DNA of 64,000 bases, taken from NCBI GenBank assembly GCA_050263095.1, contig JBLNEW010000012.1, positions 7,572 to 71,571 on the forward strand, given 5' to 3'. The notes beneath the pieces were generated by a model. The model ran no database searches and was not told the DNA's origin. It worked only from the letters and a program-made list of their open reading frames with translations. The position numbers and the translations under genes are program-made. Shown here one piece after another: positions 10,169-21,099 of the stretch; the first letter of the stretch is position 1, and every line of letters starts with the position of its first letter. The DNA comes from Deltaproteobacteria bacterium (GTDB lineage Bacteria > Desulfobacterota > Deferrimicrobia > Deferrimicrobiales > Deferrimicrobiaceae).

Positions 10169-10582
10169 CTATCGCACGACAGGCAATCCCTCCCTGATCC
10201 ACCCGGTGATCCCGCCGGACATGTGCAGGATCCTGCCGAACCGCAGATCCTCCATTATCGACGCAGCCTTTTCGCTTCGATTCCCGGTCCGGCAATACAA
10301 AAGGTATGTCTTCCCGCGGTCGAGCCGCTCCGCCTCGTACCTGAAGCGGCCGGAGGAAATGTCGATCAATACGGATCCCTCGATGTGCCCTTCCCGGTAT
10401 TCCGCCGGCGTACGGACGTCCAGAAGCACGAAATCCTTCTGCGCCCCGTGCTCCCGGATGGCCGCCGCGGCCTCCTTGGGAGAAAGATTTTGTATCGCGC
10501 CGGCCGCGTATCCCGCGCCCGGGGAGAATATCGCCCCCGGCATCGCGGCCAGCAGGACCGCGGCGGCTTTCCACGATTTCAA
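10169..10582 (-). CDS. Rhodanese-domain sulfurtransferase, periplasmic
   Basis: Signal peptide, then a rhodanese fold with active-site loop CRTGNRS. Confidence 0.7.
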   Translation of the reverse strand: MKSWKAAAVLLAAMPGAIFSPGAGYAAGAIQNLSPKEAAAAIREHGAQKDFVLLDVRTPAEYREGHIEGSVLIDISSGRFRYEAERLDRGKTYLLYCRTGNRSEKAASIMEDLRFGRILHMSGGITGWIREGLPVVR

Positions 10583-10639
10583 AAGACGCCTCCGGGAAAA
10601 AAATCGCCTTTCGGAAAGGTTAGATGCAGCGCCGCCCGC

Positions 10640-11071
10640 CTAGATTTCCTCCAGGAGGGTCGAAAAGGTGTCGTGATGGCCTTCCTCGTCCGACAATATT
10701 TCCCGGAAAAGGTGATTCGTCACCTCGTCCCCGTCCCTCCTCGAAACATCGATGATCTTCTTGTAGAGGACTATCGCCCCCTCTTCGTCCTTCTTGTCCT
10801 GCTCCAGCATCTCCTTCAGGGTATTCCCTACGAAGATCGGCGTGGGTTTCGTGGTCGGTATGCCGCCCAGGTAATTGAGCCTCTCCGCGATGGCCTCCGC
10901 GTGCTTCATCTCTTCAATGGCTATCTTCTTGAACGCATCCTTCACCGCGTATCCTTTCACTCCCTTCCACAGCACGTGCTGCCACATGTACTGAACCGCG
11001 ACCTGGATCTCCCTGGCGATCGCCTGGTTGAGCAGCTCGATGAGCTCCTTGGGGGCTTTTCCTGCGGTCAT
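10640..11071 (-). CDS. bfr: Bacterioferritin (ferritin-like diiron protein)
   Basis: [27 protein letters not shown] and EEGH ferroxidase-site motifs. About 143 aa. Confidence 0.7.
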   Translation of the reverse strand: MTAGKAPKELIELLNQAIAREIQVAVQYMWQHVLWKGVKGYAVKDAFKKIAIEEMKHAEAIAERLNYLGGIPTTKPTPIFVGNTLKEMLEQDKKDEEGAIVLYKKIIDVSRRDGDEVTNHLFREILSDEEGHHDTFSTLLEEI

Positions 11072-11206
11072 GTCCTATGCCTCCTGGCGTGGAATATTGA
11101 TGACGCTTCAAGTTACCATCATAATCCAACGGCCGCATCCACCTTGACAAGCATTGCATCCCGAAGTAACACTTCAACGGAACTACGGCACGCCTGGAGG
11201 AATGGA

Positions 11207-12127
11207 ATGGTCCGCAACGTTATCATACTGGGATCCGGGTGCGCAGGCTCCACGGCGGCGATCTACACCGCCCGCGCCAACCTGCATCCGCTGGTGCTCG
11301 AGGGCCGGGAGCCCGGCGGCCAGCTCGGCCTCACGACCGATGTTGAGAACTTTCCCGGCTTCGTGGACGGCATCCAGGGGCCGGAGCTTGTGGACATAAT
11401 GAAGCGGCAGGCGCAGCGGTTCGGCGCCGAATACGTTTCCGAAGCCGCCGCGGAAGTCGATCTCCAATCGCGCCCTTTCACGGTCAAAACCGATGAAGCG
11501 ACTTATCGCGCCAGGACTCTGATAATCGCGACCGGCGCTTCCGCCAGGATGCTGGGCCTCGAGTCCGAGAGAAGGCTGCTGGGCAGGGGGGTTTCCACCT
11601 GCGCCACCTGCGACGGAGCCTTCTTCCGCAACAAGGAGGTGATGGTCGTGGGAGGCGGCGACACCGCCGTCGAAGAGGCGGTTTTTCTCACGCGGTTCGC
11701 CTCGAAGGTATTCCTGGTCCATAGGCGCGACCAGTTCCGGGCGTCCAAGATAATGGTCGACAGGGCGATGAAAAATCCGAAGATCGAATTCCTCTGGAAT
11801 TCGGTGATCGCGGATATCCTGGACGCGGAGAAGAACGAGGTTACGGCGGTGCGCCTGAAGAACACCAGGGACGGGAAGGAGGAAACCCGCAGGATAGACG
11901 GCGTATTCGTCGCGATCGGGCACGTGCCCAACACGAAGATCTTCGAAGGCAAGCTGGACCTGGAAAAGGGATACATCGTCCTGCACGGCGGATCCAGGAC
12001 CAGCGTCGAGGGGGTGTTCGCCGCGGGGGACGTCCATGATTTCGTCTACCGCCAGGCGGTGACGGCCGCCGGCTGCGGGTGCCGCGCAGCCATCGACGCG
12101 GAGCGCTTCCTGGAAGCCGGCGGGTAG
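11207..12127 (+). CDS. trxB: Thioredoxin-disulfide reductase
   Basis: [15 protein letters not shown] motif, redox-active [19 protein letters not shown] motif. GGAGG RBS 6 nt before the ATG. The 5' 1.5 kb of the track ORF is antisense read-through. Confidence 0.9.
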   Translation: MVRNVIILGSGCAGSTAAIYTARANLHPLVLEGREPGGQLGLTTDVENFPGFVDGIQGPELVDIMKRQAQRFGAEYVSEAAAEVDLQSRPFTVKTDEATYRARTLIIATGASARMLGLESERRLLGRGVSTCATCDGAFFRNKEVMVVGGGDTAVEEAVFLTRFASKVFLVHRRDQFRASKIMVDRAMKNPKIEFLWNSVIADILDAEKNEVTAVRLKNTRDGKEETRRIDGVFVAIGHVPNTKIFEGKLDLEKGYIVLHGGSRTSVEGVFAAGDVHDFVYRQAVTAAGCGCRAAIDAERFLEAGG

Positions 12128-12150
12128 GGATCTCCCCGGGCCTTATCCTT

Positions 12151-12513
12151 CTAAGTCCCTTTTTCCCCCGAGCCGGCATCCGCGGGAGGGGTCTCCATGC
12201 GACGCGCGATCTCCGCCGTGTTGCGGGCGATTTCGGCGGTGTTGTCCGAGATCCGGAAAACGACGATCGCCAGCTCGTAAACGATCCGGGAGGATATGAC
12301 AAGTATAAGGAACGCCAGGGGTGCGACGAAAAACAGCGACAGCATCCCCTTGGCCGCGGACTCGGAGAACCCCTCGATGATCAGCACGATCGATATGAAC
12401 CCCGCAGCGACTATGGAAAGGGCGTACAGGACCTTTATAACGCGCGGCGTGACGAGGGTCTTGAACGAAACATCGAAGAGCGGCTCGTAGATCCGCCTGC
12501 CTTTCTCCTCCAT
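12151..12513 (-). CDS. DUF4282-like small membrane protein
   Basis: Two hydrophobic helices (VIKVLYALSIVAAGFISIVLII, LSLFFVAPLAFLILVISS). Contains the tandem heptad TAEIARN-TAEIARR. Confidence 0.45.
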   Translation of the reverse strand: MEEKGRRIYEPLFDVSFKTLVTPRVIKVLYALSIVAAGFISIVLIIEGFSESAAKGMLSLFFVAPLAFLILVISSRIVYELAIVVFRISDNTAEIARNTAEIARRMETPPADAGSGEKGT

Positions 12514-12521
12514 CCCTGCCC

Positions 12522-12562
12522 CCTAAAAAAAAACCCCGGCGAGCGCTCGCCGGGGTTTTCAT
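12522..12562 (-). terminator. Rho-independent terminator downstream of cspA (weaker bidirectional function possible)
   Basis: On the minus strand a GC stem CCCCGGCGAGCGCTCGCCGGGG is followed by a T10 run. On the plus strand an A-run precedes it and TTTTCATTG follows. Confidence 0.8.
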
Positions 12563-12596
12563 TGTCAAGGGGTTAAACCCCTTGGGCGGTTCCCGC

Positions 12597-12800
12597 TTAC
12601 TTCACCTTTGTTACGTTGGAAGCCTGCGGTCCCTTGGGGCCTTGGGTGATTTCGAACTCGACGCGGTCACCTTCGTTCAGCGACTTGAATCCTTCGGCCT
12701 TGATCGCGCTGAAGTGCACGAACACATCCGGGCCGCCTTCCTGGGAGATGAAGCCGAACCCCTTCGCGTCATTGAACCACTTCACTGTGCCTTGTGCCAC
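12597..12800 (-). CDS. cspA: Cold-shock protein (CspA family)
   Basis: [18 protein letters not shown] (RNP1), VFVHF (RNP2). 67 aa. Confidence 0.9.
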   Translation of the reverse strand: MAQGTVKWFNDAKGFGFISQEGGPDVFVHFSAIKAEGFKSLNEGDRVEFEITQGPKGPQASNVTKVK

Positions 12801-12909
12801 TTGCCGTTCCTCCTTAAATTTTTACTGCTGAAAAACCTGAGCGCAAAGCTCAAATTTGACAACATTCGTAAATCTAACAGGTAATCCACCATGCGTCAAG
12901 GAAAGATCT

Positions 12910-14019
12910 TTACGGAAGCAGCTCCAGGAACCTGTCGAACAGGCGCGGCTCGAATTCCTTCCCCCTGCCCTCTTTCATTATGGAGATCGTCGTTTCCCTG
13001 TCCAGGCTTTTCCTGTAGGGACGATAGGTGCGAAGCGCGTCGTAAACGTCGGCGATCTGGGTCATGTACGAAGCGGGCTGCAAGGCCCCTTCGAACCGGA
13101 CGGCCGGATACCCCGACCGGTCGTATTTGACGTGGTGCTCGAAGGCGACGATCATCGGCAGGTCCGAACCGCAATCAAGCTTCCTGAGTATTTTCGCGCC
13201 GGTTGCGGGGTGCTCCGCCATCCTTTCGAATTCGCCGGCATCCAGCCTGCCCGGCTTGTTTAGTATTCCCGCCGGGATCGTCTCCTTCCCTACGTCGTGC
13301 AGCAGCGCGGCCATGCCGAGCTCCTGGACCTGGGGCTCGGAAAAACCGAGGTGGATCGCCTGCGCCACGACTATTACGCAGACGTTCAGGGAATGCGTCA
13401 CCGTGTAGTCGTCGTGCGCCTGCAGGCGCATCAGGCGGTCGATGAGCATCCCCTCCTGGCGAAGCCCCTTCATCACGGCCGCGACCAGATCGCGCCCTTC
13501 GGAGACGCGGGCCCCCGCCCCTTCCCCCGCGAGCGACGTCAGAAGGCTCTTCAAAACCTCGGCGGCTCCCTGCAGGACGTGAGACCTCATGACGGGCGTC
13601 AGTCCGGAAGGGATATTCCCCCCCTCCGCGATCTCCTGGATCCGGCCGCAGGTTATATGCTCCCATCGCATTTCCGCGGCCCCTTCCTTGCCCCCTCCGA
13701 CGTAATATACGAACCGCTTCAATTCACCGAAAGTGATCCCCTCGCCGAACGAGACCTTCTCTATCCCCCTTTCCTGCATCCTGCGGATAAGTTTGACCAG
13801 GGTTGGGGAAATTCCCAGGAATGGGAACTCGTCAACGATGGCGTGATCGCCCATGAAGCCCATGTGCAGGATCTTGAGCCTTTCCGTTTCATCCTTTATT
13901 CGCTGGTGGAGGCGCGTCAGAAGTTCCTGGACGCGCTGATGCGTATCCGGATAGACGGACACCGCCTGGACGGCCAGGGCAAGGTCGGATACCACGCCGA
14001 AAAGTTCCTGCTTCTTCAT
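12910..14019 (-). CDS. HD-GYP domain c-di-GMP phosphodiesterase (no receiver domain)
   Basis: LLHDVGK and HHVKYDRSGYP motifs. ATG 14019 has a GGAGGG RBS and overlaps the stop of the upstream gene (ATGA). Confidence 0.8.
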   Translation of the reverse strand: MKKQELFGVVSDLALAVQAVSVYPDTHQRVQELLTRLHQRIKDETERLKILHMGFMGDHAIVDEFPFLGISPTLVKLIRRMQERGIEKVSFGEGITFGELKRFVYYVGGGKEGAAEMRWEHITCGRIQEIAEGGNIPSGLTPVMRSHVLQGAAEVLKSLLTSLAGEGAGARVSEGRDLVAAVMKGLRQEGMLIDRLMRLQAHDDYTVTHSLNVCVIVVAQAIHLGFSEPQVQELGMAALLHDVGKETIPAGILNKPGRLDAGEFERMAEHPATGAKILRKLDCGSDLPMIVAFEHHVKYDRSGYPAVRFEGALQPASYMTQIADVYDALRTYRPYRKSLDRETTISIMKEGRGKEFEPRLFDRFLELLP

Positions 14020-16049
14020 CGGCCCTCCGTGGATTTGAGCAGGGCCGCGCAATGTTCGCGAACCGCCGCCCTGCGCGACTCCTTTCCCCTGTGCAGGAAG
14101 CCGGTCGCCTCCGCGCCGCCTATGCGGAAAATCGCTGTCGCCGCGTCCACCCTCAGGGAAACTTCCTTGGATGACGCGAATATCGACTCGGCCAGGAGGA
14201 TCCTTCCAAGCGAGGGAACCGCCTCCGGGACCTTGAGTTTCCCCAGCGCAAGCACCGCCTCCCGCTTCACCCGGAGGTCCGTGTTGTCGAGCGTCCGCAC
14301 CAGCTCCGGCCCTGCTCCGCGGTCGCCGATCTCGCCCAGCAGGAAGCACAGGTTGCGGACGAAATACCAGCGGGAATGGGAAAGCCTTTCCAGGATAGCG
14401 GGAACCGCAATGCTCCCCATGCGGACTCCCAGGGACAGCAGGAGCTTTCGCTTGCCCGCTTCCGGCTCCGTCAGGAGGCGGTCAAGCACGGCGGCGATCG
14501 CATCCTCGCCGAATGCGGCAAAAAAGGCGGGAATCCTTTCTTCGTCCTCCCGGGTCATCGCCCTGGAAAGGAACAGGTCCACGATATGGGCGAAATCCGT
14601 CCCCTGTATCGTCCTTCGCACCTCGTCCCGCCCCGCCCCAGGGGCATTTTCGCTTATCGAGGACAGCGCGACGAGCACGGTTTCGAGCAGGGCGAACTCC
14701 ATCCGCGAGATGATGTTGGGAAGGTATTTCCGGATATCCTCGAGCAGCTGCAGGAACTCCGCATCGTTTTTCTCGCGGGCCAGAAGCTCCAGCAGCACGA
14801 GGACCGCCTTCCTGTGCCTGGCCTCCTCCCGGAAATGTTCGAGCAGCGTCGGATCCGGTTCCGCGGAAGGCACGGCGCCGGCTTGCATGCCCGCGCCGGC
14901 CGACAGCGCCTCCATGAAACGTGAATGGTCCTCCCCGGCATATGCCTTTTCCGACCTGGCCAGAAGTAGCTTCTCGACGGCTTCCCAGGTCTTGACTGCG
15001 TAATACTCCTTTGCCCGAAGGCTTTCCCGGGCGCGCTCCTTGAGCCGCGGAAGAAGGGAGCCGTGCACGTTGCGCTCCGCGGCGATGATTTCGAAAATCC
15101 TCCGAAGCCGTTTCCCTCCCTTGTCTTCGGCGGACAGGAGGCTGGCGGTAAGGTCGAGAAAATCGTCATCGGTGTAATCCGCCGACAGGGAGCGGGCGAA
15201 CGAAACCGGAAGGGAAAGTTCGGCCGCGTCCGGGATGTCTTCTCCGGGACCATCCTGCCAGGCGGTTCCCTCATCCAGGAAATGAAGGACTTCCTGCCTG
15301 CGGTCCTCGGGAAGGGACCGCATAGTCTCACCCAGGCGGCGGAACATGCGGCGAAGGACCTCGGGTGACACGGCGTCTTCTTGCTGCTGCGTCCCGGGCG
15401 GGCCCGGGCATTTATGCGCGCAGGCCCGGGCGTGCCTGAGTATGGCGGGAATAAGCTCCGGCGACCCCGAGAGCTCCTCCACTACCTTTCTCTCTCCTCC
15501 CTCGTCCGCGATGTTCGCGGTCAGAAGCATTCGCCACAACGCATCCCCGCGGCCGGAAAGCTCGACGCATTCTTCAGGGTTCATGATCCGCCGCGAAAGA
15601 ACCTCTTTGTAGTTGTAGGGATAAAGGAATATTCCCGGCAGCCGCTCCCGCTGCAGAAAAGCATCGGGGGATTCGTCCGACTTGCCCGACCTCGAATCGT
15701 GCAGGCTGCGGAAAAACGAGAGAAGCCCTTCGGCGGTGGCGTCCCCGCTGAAACCGAGCGTAGCTACCTGATTGATATAAAGATTCTCCGCGAAGGGGGA
15801 AATCAATGCATGTCCTTCGCCCAGGAAGGCATCCCGGTACAGGACACGGTCCCGCGCGATTCCGAACAGAAGCCGGTTTCCGGGCTCCTGCGCGATCCGC
15901 CCCATGAGCGTTGCGTGGATCTGCTTTATGCGCTCGGCAAGGAAAGGATGCCCGGCCTGGTAAAGGCCGGTCCAATGGCATACGCGGGCCAGGTCCAGGA
16001 GAAGCAGTTCCACCTCGGGGAAAACGCTCTCGTGCTGCTCCACTGCCAT
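14016..16049 (-). CDS. HEAT/PBS-lyase repeat protein, about 677 aa
   Basis: C-terminal HEAT-like repeats ([54 protein letters not shown]). Start taken at MAVEQ (GGAGGG 8 nt upstream) rather than the longer ORF. Translationally coupled to the HD-GYP gene. Confidence 0.5.
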   Translation of the reverse strand: MAVEQHESVFPEVELLLLDLARVCHWTGLYQAGHPFLAERIKQIHATLMGRIAQEPGNRLLFGIARDRVLYRDAFLGEGHALISPFAENLYINQVATLGFSGDATAEGLLSFFRSLHDSRSGKSDESPDAFLQRERLPGIFLYPYNYKEVLSRRIMNPEECVELSGRGDALWRMLLTANIADEGGERKVVEELSGSPELIPAILRHARACAHKCPGPPGTQQQEDAVSPEVLRRMFRRLGETMRSLPEDRRQEVLHFLDEGTAWQDGPGEDIPDAAELSLPVSFARSLSADYTDDDFLDLTASLLSAEDKGGKRLRRIFEIIAAERNVHGSLLPRLKERARESLRAKEYYAVKTWEAVEKLLLARSEKAYAGEDHSRFMEALSAGAGMQAGAVPSAEPDPTLLEHFREEARHRKAVLVLLELLAREKNDAEFLQLLEDIRKYLPNIISRMEFALLETVLVALSSISENAPGAGRDEVRRTIQGTDFAHIVDLFLSRAMTREDEERIPAFFAAFGEDAIAAVLDRLLTEPEAGKRKLLLSLGVRMGSIAVPAILERLSHSRWYFVRNLCFLLGEIGDRGAGPELVRTLDNTDLRVKREAVLALGKLKVPEAVPSLGRILLAESIFASSKEVSLRVDAATAIFRIGGAEATGFLHRGKESRRAAVREHCAALLKSTEGR

Positions 16050-16503
16050 TCGGGGATCCCTCCGAAAGCGGGCGATATCCCGACAGACACGTCTTCCGGA
16101 GACCTTTATCGCCATAAGACATCAAGATCTTTACCGGAAAATGGTGTCCGTCCTCCGCCCTTCCCCCTGCCTCCCCTATCGGAGATCACACGGCCGCCGC
16201 CAAGTCGATATCCGTCCGCATCCGCGAATCTTCTTGCCTTGGCGGGGGCCGGGTGGTAAAGTGTTTCCAGCCAGAAAAAACACAAGACGCAATCCTCTCC
16301 CCAACGGTCCTTTCGCGGATGCGGGCCGGATGCCCGATAAGGGCATGTGCATCGCTTCCCCGAACGGCTTCCCCTTCGGAAGATCGGACAAGGCTTCAAC
16401 GCCTCCTCCACGGGTTGTGCTTGGTGAACATCCGGCACCGCGCCGCCTGTCCGCGTCATGCGGAAGGCCCCGCGAAATACATCCTTCGAGGAGAAGAGAA
16501 AAA

Positions 16504-17745
16504 ATGTCATTCGAAACGTTCGGGCTCTGCCCCGAGATCCTTCGCGCCGTGAGCGCGAAAAACTACAAGATGCCGACGCCCATACAGGAGAAGGCCATCC
16601 CTCACGTGCTCGAGGGAAAGGACCTTCTGGGGTGCGCCCAGACGGGTACCGGGAAGACCGCGGCGTTCGCGCTCCCCATCCTTCAACGCCTTTTCAGCGC
16701 GCGGGAAAAAGGCCGCGGGCGGCGCTCGATCCGGGTCCTGGTGCTTACCCCGACTCGCGAGCTGGCCGTGCAGATCGCAGACAGCTTCGGCGCTTACGGC
16801 AAGCACACGGGATTGCGGCACGCCGTGGTCTACGGCGGCGTTAGCCAGAAGCCCCAGGAGCAGGCGCTCCGGCAGGGCATGGACATCCTCGTGGCGACCC
16901 CCGGTCGGCTGCTCGACCTTTTCTCGCAGGGGCTGGTGAATCTCCGCTCCGTCGAAACGTTCGTGCTGGACGAGGCCGACCGGATGCTCGACATGGGCTT
17001 CCTCCCCGATATACGGCGAATCATAGACAAGCTTCCGGAGAAGCGGCAGACCCTGTTCTTTTCCGCCACGATGCCGCCCGATATCCGGAGGCTTTCCGAC
17101 ACGATCCTGCGCGATCCGGTCCGCGTGGCCGCAACGCCTGCGTCATCGCCGGCGGAACTGGTCGAGCACTCGGTCTATTTCGTCGAAAGGCAGGGCAAGG
17201 GGGACTTGCTCCTGCATCTTCTGTCGGGAGATTCGATCAAGAACGCCCTCGTCTTCACCCGGACAAAGCGCGGAGCCGACCGGGTCGCCCGGCAGCTTTC
17301 GCGCGCCCGCGTCCGGGCGGAGGCGATTCACGGCGACAAGTCCCAAAACTCACGCGAGAGGGCCCTGGCCGACTTCAAGCGGGGCGCCACTAGGGTGCTG
17401 GTGGCCACCGACATCGCCGCCCGCGGCCTTGACATCGTCGACCTCTCACACGTCGTCAATTTCGACCTGCCGGCCGAGCCTGAAGCCTACGTGCATCGCA
17501 TCGGACGAACCGGCCGTGCAGGCGCGTCCGGCATCGCCCTTTCCTTCTGCGGATTCGAGGAGCGACCCCTGCTCGCCTCGATCGAGCGGCTTATCCGCAA
17601 GCACCTGAGCGTGGTGGACGACCACCCGCATCGCTCCGCCGTGCGCCCCAGCCCCAAGACGAACCTGGACCCGCGCGGGCTGCACAGCGCCCCGCGCCCG
17701 TACATGATCCGCGCCGAAGAGCTGTTGAAGGAAGGACTCGCTTAG
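16504..17745 (+). CDS. DEAD-box ATP-dependent RNA helicase (RhlE/DeaD family)
   Basis: Q motif, [23 protein letters not shown] motifs. Preceded by a leader of about 360 nt. Confidence 0.85.
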   Translation: MSFETFGLCPEILRAVSAKNYKMPTPIQEKAIPHVLEGKDLLGCAQTGTGKTAAFALPILQRLFSAREKGRGRRSIRVLVLTPTRELAVQIADSFGAYGKHTGLRHAVVYGGVSQKPQEQALRQGMDILVATPGRLLDLFSQGLVNLRSVETFVLDEADRMLDMGFLPDIRRIIDKLPEKRQTLFFSATMPPDIRRLSDTILRDPVRVAATPASSPAELVEHSVYFVERQGKGDLLLHLLSGDSIKNALVFTRTKRGADRVARQLSRARVRAEAIHGDKSQNSRERALADFKRGATRVLVATDIAARGLDIVDLSHVVNFDLPAEPEAYVHRIGRTGRAGASGIALSFCGFEERPLLASIERLIRKHLSVVDDHPHRSAVRPSPKTNLDPRGLHSAPRPYMIRAEELLKEGLA

Positions 17746-17766
17746 AGACGGGCCCGATGCGGGCAG

Positions 17767-18753
17767 TCAACGATTGACGGCCCGCATCGCCTCCTCGCCG
17801 TATCGCATGCCGGAAGCGGCCCCCGGAGGCAGAACCTCGTCGATCCGATCCATGTCCCGCTTCGCCAGGGTCACGTTGAAGGCTCCCGCGTTCTCCTCCA
17901 GCCTGTCCCGCCTCTTGGTGCCGGGTATGGGCACCGTGTCTTCGCCCTGCGCCAGCAGCCAGGCAAGAGCAAGCTGCGAAGGCGTGCATCCCTTTTCGGC
18001 CGCGATTTCCTCGACAAGCCGGACAAGCTCGAGATTGCGCCCGAAGTTGTCCCCCTGGAAACGCGGCGAGTTCTTCCGGTAATCTCCTTCCGGAATGTCC
18101 TCGGGCCGCCTGATCTTCCCTGTCAGGAAGCCCCTGCCCAATGGACTGTAAGGCACGAACCCGACGCCGAGCTCCCGGCACACTGGAATGACTTCCCTCT
18201 CCGGGTCGCGCGTCCAGAGGGAATATTCGCTTTGAAGGGCGGCTATCGGGTGGACGGCGCAGGCGCGGCGGATGGTTGCGGGAGCCGCCTCGGACAGTCC
18301 CAGGAAACGGACCTTCCCTTCCCGGACCAGCGCCGCCATGGCGCCGACCGTGTCCTCTATCGGGGTATCCGGGTCGACCCGGTGCTGGTAATAGAGATCG
18401 ATGACTTCGACTCCCAAGCGGCGAAGGCTCGCCTCGCACGCCGATTTGACGTATTCAGGCTTGCCGTTGACTCCCTTCCAGCTTCCGTCGCTCCCCCTGA
18501 CGATACCGAACTTGGTCGCCAGGACCACCTCGTCCCGGCGGCCGCCGATAGCCTTCCCGACGAACTCCTCGTTATGCCCAAGCCCGTAGATGTCGGCGGT
18601 GTCGAGGAAATATATCCCCATGTCGAGCGCCCTGTGAATGGTCGCCGCCGATTCGCCGTTGTCGCGCCGGCCGTAGAACTCCGACATTCCCATGCAGCCC
18701 AGTCCAAGCGCCGACACTGCCGGCCCGCTTTTTCCCAGCCGCCTGGATTCCAT
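17767..18753 (-). CDS. Aldo/keto reductase
   Basis: AKR family motifs ([12 protein letters not shown]). GGAGG 7 nt before ATG 18753. Confidence 0.8.
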   Translation of the reverse strand: MESRRLGKSGPAVSALGLGCMGMSEFYGRRDNGESAATIHRALDMGIYFLDTADIYGLGHNEEFVGKAIGGRRDEVVLATKFGIVRGSDGSWKGVNGKPEYVKSACEASLRRLGVEVIDLYYQHRVDPDTPIEDTVGAMAALVREGKVRFLGLSEAAPATIRRACAVHPIAALQSEYSLWTRDPEREVIPVCRELGVGFVPYSPLGRGFLTGKIRRPEDIPEGDYRKNSPRFQGDNFGRNLELVRLVEEIAAEKGCTPSQLALAWLLAQGEDTVPIPGTKRRDRLEENAGAFNVTLAKRDMDRIDEVLPPGAASGMRYGEEAMRAVNR

Positions 18754-18811
18754 GAGCGCCTCCTTTCGGAACGGCAATCCGGGGCAGGACCGGCCGCCAC
18801 CCGCTTTTTTT

Positions 18812-19225
18812 TCAGGAAGCGCGCAGCGCCTTCGCCGCCTTTGCGGCGTCCCTCTGCTCGACCCACAGGATCGCGCCGTACCGGCCCGCTCCCGCGGATA
18901 TGCCGTCCAGCGCCCTGATGCCGACTCCGGCCGCCGCCAGTTTCGCCGCGACCGCTGCGATCGCTCCGGCCCTGTCGGACCCCTGGATCAGGAAGCAGCT
19001 TTTTTTGCCGGCGATCTTAAGGCCCGCGCGTTTCGCCGCCTTCCGGAAACGATCCGAATTTTTCGGCACGAAATCCAGCTGGACGCGCCGTCCGCGCGGG
19101 AATCCTGTGAAGGCGAGCAGGTCGACTCCATCGTCACTCAGGGCCTCCAGTATCCTTGCCCCCTCGCCGGTCCTGTTCGGTATAATGACCTTGAAATAGT
19201 CCGCCTTCCGAATCGAATCGGCCAT
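18812..19225 (-). CDS. Small protein with two ACT-like beta-alpha-beta units (putative)
   Basis: 137 aa. GGAGG RBS before ATG 19225. The upstream part of the track ORF is not coding. Confidence 0.35.
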   Translation of the reverse strand: MADSIRKADYFKVIIPNRTGEGARILEALSDDGVDLLAFTGFPRGRRVQLDFVPKNSDRFRKAAKRAGLKIAGKKSCFLIQGSDRAGAIAAVAAKLAAAGVGIRALDGISAGAGRYGAILWVEQRDAAKAAKALRAS

Positions 19226-19297
19226 TTTTCCTCCCCTTGCGCGAGATTTGGTTAACTTCAATTTATTATAGATTACTTTCCCGGGAGTGACGGTACT

Positions 19298-20755
19298 ATG
19301 TCGCTTATCCGGTCCGTCACCCGAGAGGCGCCCATGACTGGACAAGTCCTGCTTCCCTTGTGGCTCGCCGCGCTGCTCATCCTGCTTGCAGCCTGGGCGG
19401 CGCTCGACCGGCTGCTGATCCCGAGCGTACGCTGGTTCCTGAGGCGCAGGGCCAACATGTTCATCGAAGAGATCGGCAAGCGGCTGAACCTCGAGATACA
19501 TCCCTTCGCGTTGACGAAACGACAGGTGCTGATCGACCGCCTGATGTACGACCCCAAGGTGCAGCAGGCCTGCGCCTCGCACGCCCGGGAGAACAACGTC
19601 CCCCGGGATGTCGTAATGGCCGAGGTCGAGCGGTACGCCCGCGAGATCGTCCCCTCGTTCAACGCCTACGCATATTTCCGGATCGGCTACTGGCTGGCGC
19701 GCAAAACCGCCCGCCTCCTCTTCCGGGTTCGCGTGGGATTCACCGACGACGAGGGCCTCTCGCGCATCGCCCCCGGATCCAGCGTCGTATTCGTGATGAA
19801 CCACCGGAGCAACATGGACTATATACTGGTCGCCTACCTCGCCGCGACCCGGACGGCCTTGAGCTACGCCGTGGGGGAATGGGCCAGGATCTGGCCGCTT
19901 CAGACCCTCATTCGATCCATGGGGGCGTATTTCATACGACGCAACTCGGGCAATCCGCTGTACCGCCTCGTGCTCGAGCGATACGTCTGCATGGCCACAG
20001 AGAGCGGAGTGGTTCAGGCCGTCTACCCTGAAGGCGGCCTGACGCGCGACGGCGCGCTGCGCCCGCCGAAGCTTGGCCTTCTCGATTACATGGTGAGATC
20101 CTTCAATCCGGACGCCGGGCGGAACCTGGTGTTCGTGCCTGTCGGGATAAACTACGACCGCACCCTCGAGGACCGGAGCCTGATTCTAGAGCTGTCCCCG
20201 GGGGCGCGCAGGAAAAGCGTGCCCTTCGTGCTCGGCACCTCGCTCGGGTTCCTTCTTCGCAACCTGTACATGATGGTTGTGGGCCGGTGGTACAGGTTCG
20301 GATACGCATGCGTCAACTTCGGATCCCCCGTCTCGATGAGAGAGTACTGCAATGTCCGCGGGATCGATTTCCGGTCGATGGGCAGGGAGGAGCGCTTCCA
20401 AAAGGTGGAGGACCTCGCAAAAGTTTTGATGGCGGAGGTGGGCAGGGTAATCCCGGTTACTCCGGTCTCCCTGGTCGCGACGGCGTTCGTCCGGAACCCG
20501 GAGAACCGTTTCAGCGGGCTTGAATTGAAGGCCGAGGTGCAGCGGCTGATCGGAGAACTGGTCGCCGCCGGATCCCACGTCTATGTGCCCCGCAAGGACA
20601 GGGAATACGCGGTCGAAGTCGGCCTCCGAATGCTGACGCTGCGGCGCCTGGTCGAAGATGTGGACGGTCTCTGCCGCGCGAGGCCCGAGGAGCTTGCATT
20701 GCTGCGCTACTACGCCAACTCGATCGCGCACCTTCTTCCGGCGTCCGGGCCTTGA
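19298..20755 (+). CDS. Glycerol-3-phosphate / lysophospholipid acyltransferase (PlsB/GPAT family)
   Basis: HX4D acyltransferase motif (NHRSNMDY) and the FIRR and YPEGG motifs. N-terminal TM segment. Confidence 0.65.
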   Translation: MSLIRSVTREAPMTGQVLLPLWLAALLILLAAWAALDRLLIPSVRWFLRRRANMFIEEIGKRLNLEIHPFALTKRQVLIDRLMYDPKVQQACASHARENNVPRDVVMAEVERYAREIVPSFNAYAYFRIGYWLARKTARLLFRVRVGFTDDEGLSRIAPGSSVVFVMNHRSNMDYILVAYLAATRTALSYAVGEWARIWPLQTLIRSMGAYFIRRNSGNPLYRLVLERYVCMATESGVVQAVYPEGGLTRDGALRPPKLGLLDYMVRSFNPDAGRNLVFVPVGINYDRTLEDRSLILELSPGARRKSVPFVLGTSLGFLLRNLYMMVVGRWYRFGYACVNFGSPVSMREYCNVRGIDFRSMGREERFQKVEDLAKVLMAEVGRVIPVTPVSLVATAFVRNPENRFSGLELKAEVQRLIGELVAAGSHVYVPRKDREYAVEVGLRMLTLRRLVEDVDGLCRARPEELALLRYYANSIAHLLPASGP

Positions 20756-20782
20756 GCTATCATTCCGACGGGACTTGTTTTT

Positions 20783-21049
20783 TTAGGATCTGTTTCGCTT
20801 GAGAACGGGGATCCACTTCGCGTTTCGCAGGATGTAGGCGTGGTCTTCGGTTATTTTAAGGGAAAGGACCCCGTGATGCCTGGCCAGGCTCACAAGCGTA
20901 TCTTTCGGCACCCACATTTCATCGAAAGACGGGAACTTCTTGGGCGCTTCCTCGATGCCCATGCCGCACATTATTACAAGGATTATTAACGCCAGATAGG
21001 TTCGCACGGTCCCTCCTGCACGCCAGGCCGGCGATCGGATGCTCTGCAT
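20783..21049 (-). CDS. Hypothetical small protein
   Basis: 88-aa ORF with a hydrophobic N-terminus and locally lower GC. No recognisable domain. Confidence 0.25.
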   Translation of the reverse strand: MQSIRSPAWRAGGTVRTYLALIILVIMCGMGIEEAPKKFPSFDEMWVPKDTLVSLARHHGVLSLKITEDHAYILRNAKWIPVLKRNRS

Positions 21050-21099
21050 GCTCCGGGCGTTTTATTTAGGATTCCGTACTGGTAGGGACGGTTTCAGTA

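Noticed and set aside
9722-11206. 5' 1.5 kb of the 801-aa ORF that ends as trxB
   Set aside because: Only the last 921 nt (from ATG 11207 with a GGAGG RBS) is thioredoxin reductase. The upstream part is antisense to the dehydrogenase/rhodanese/bfr genes.
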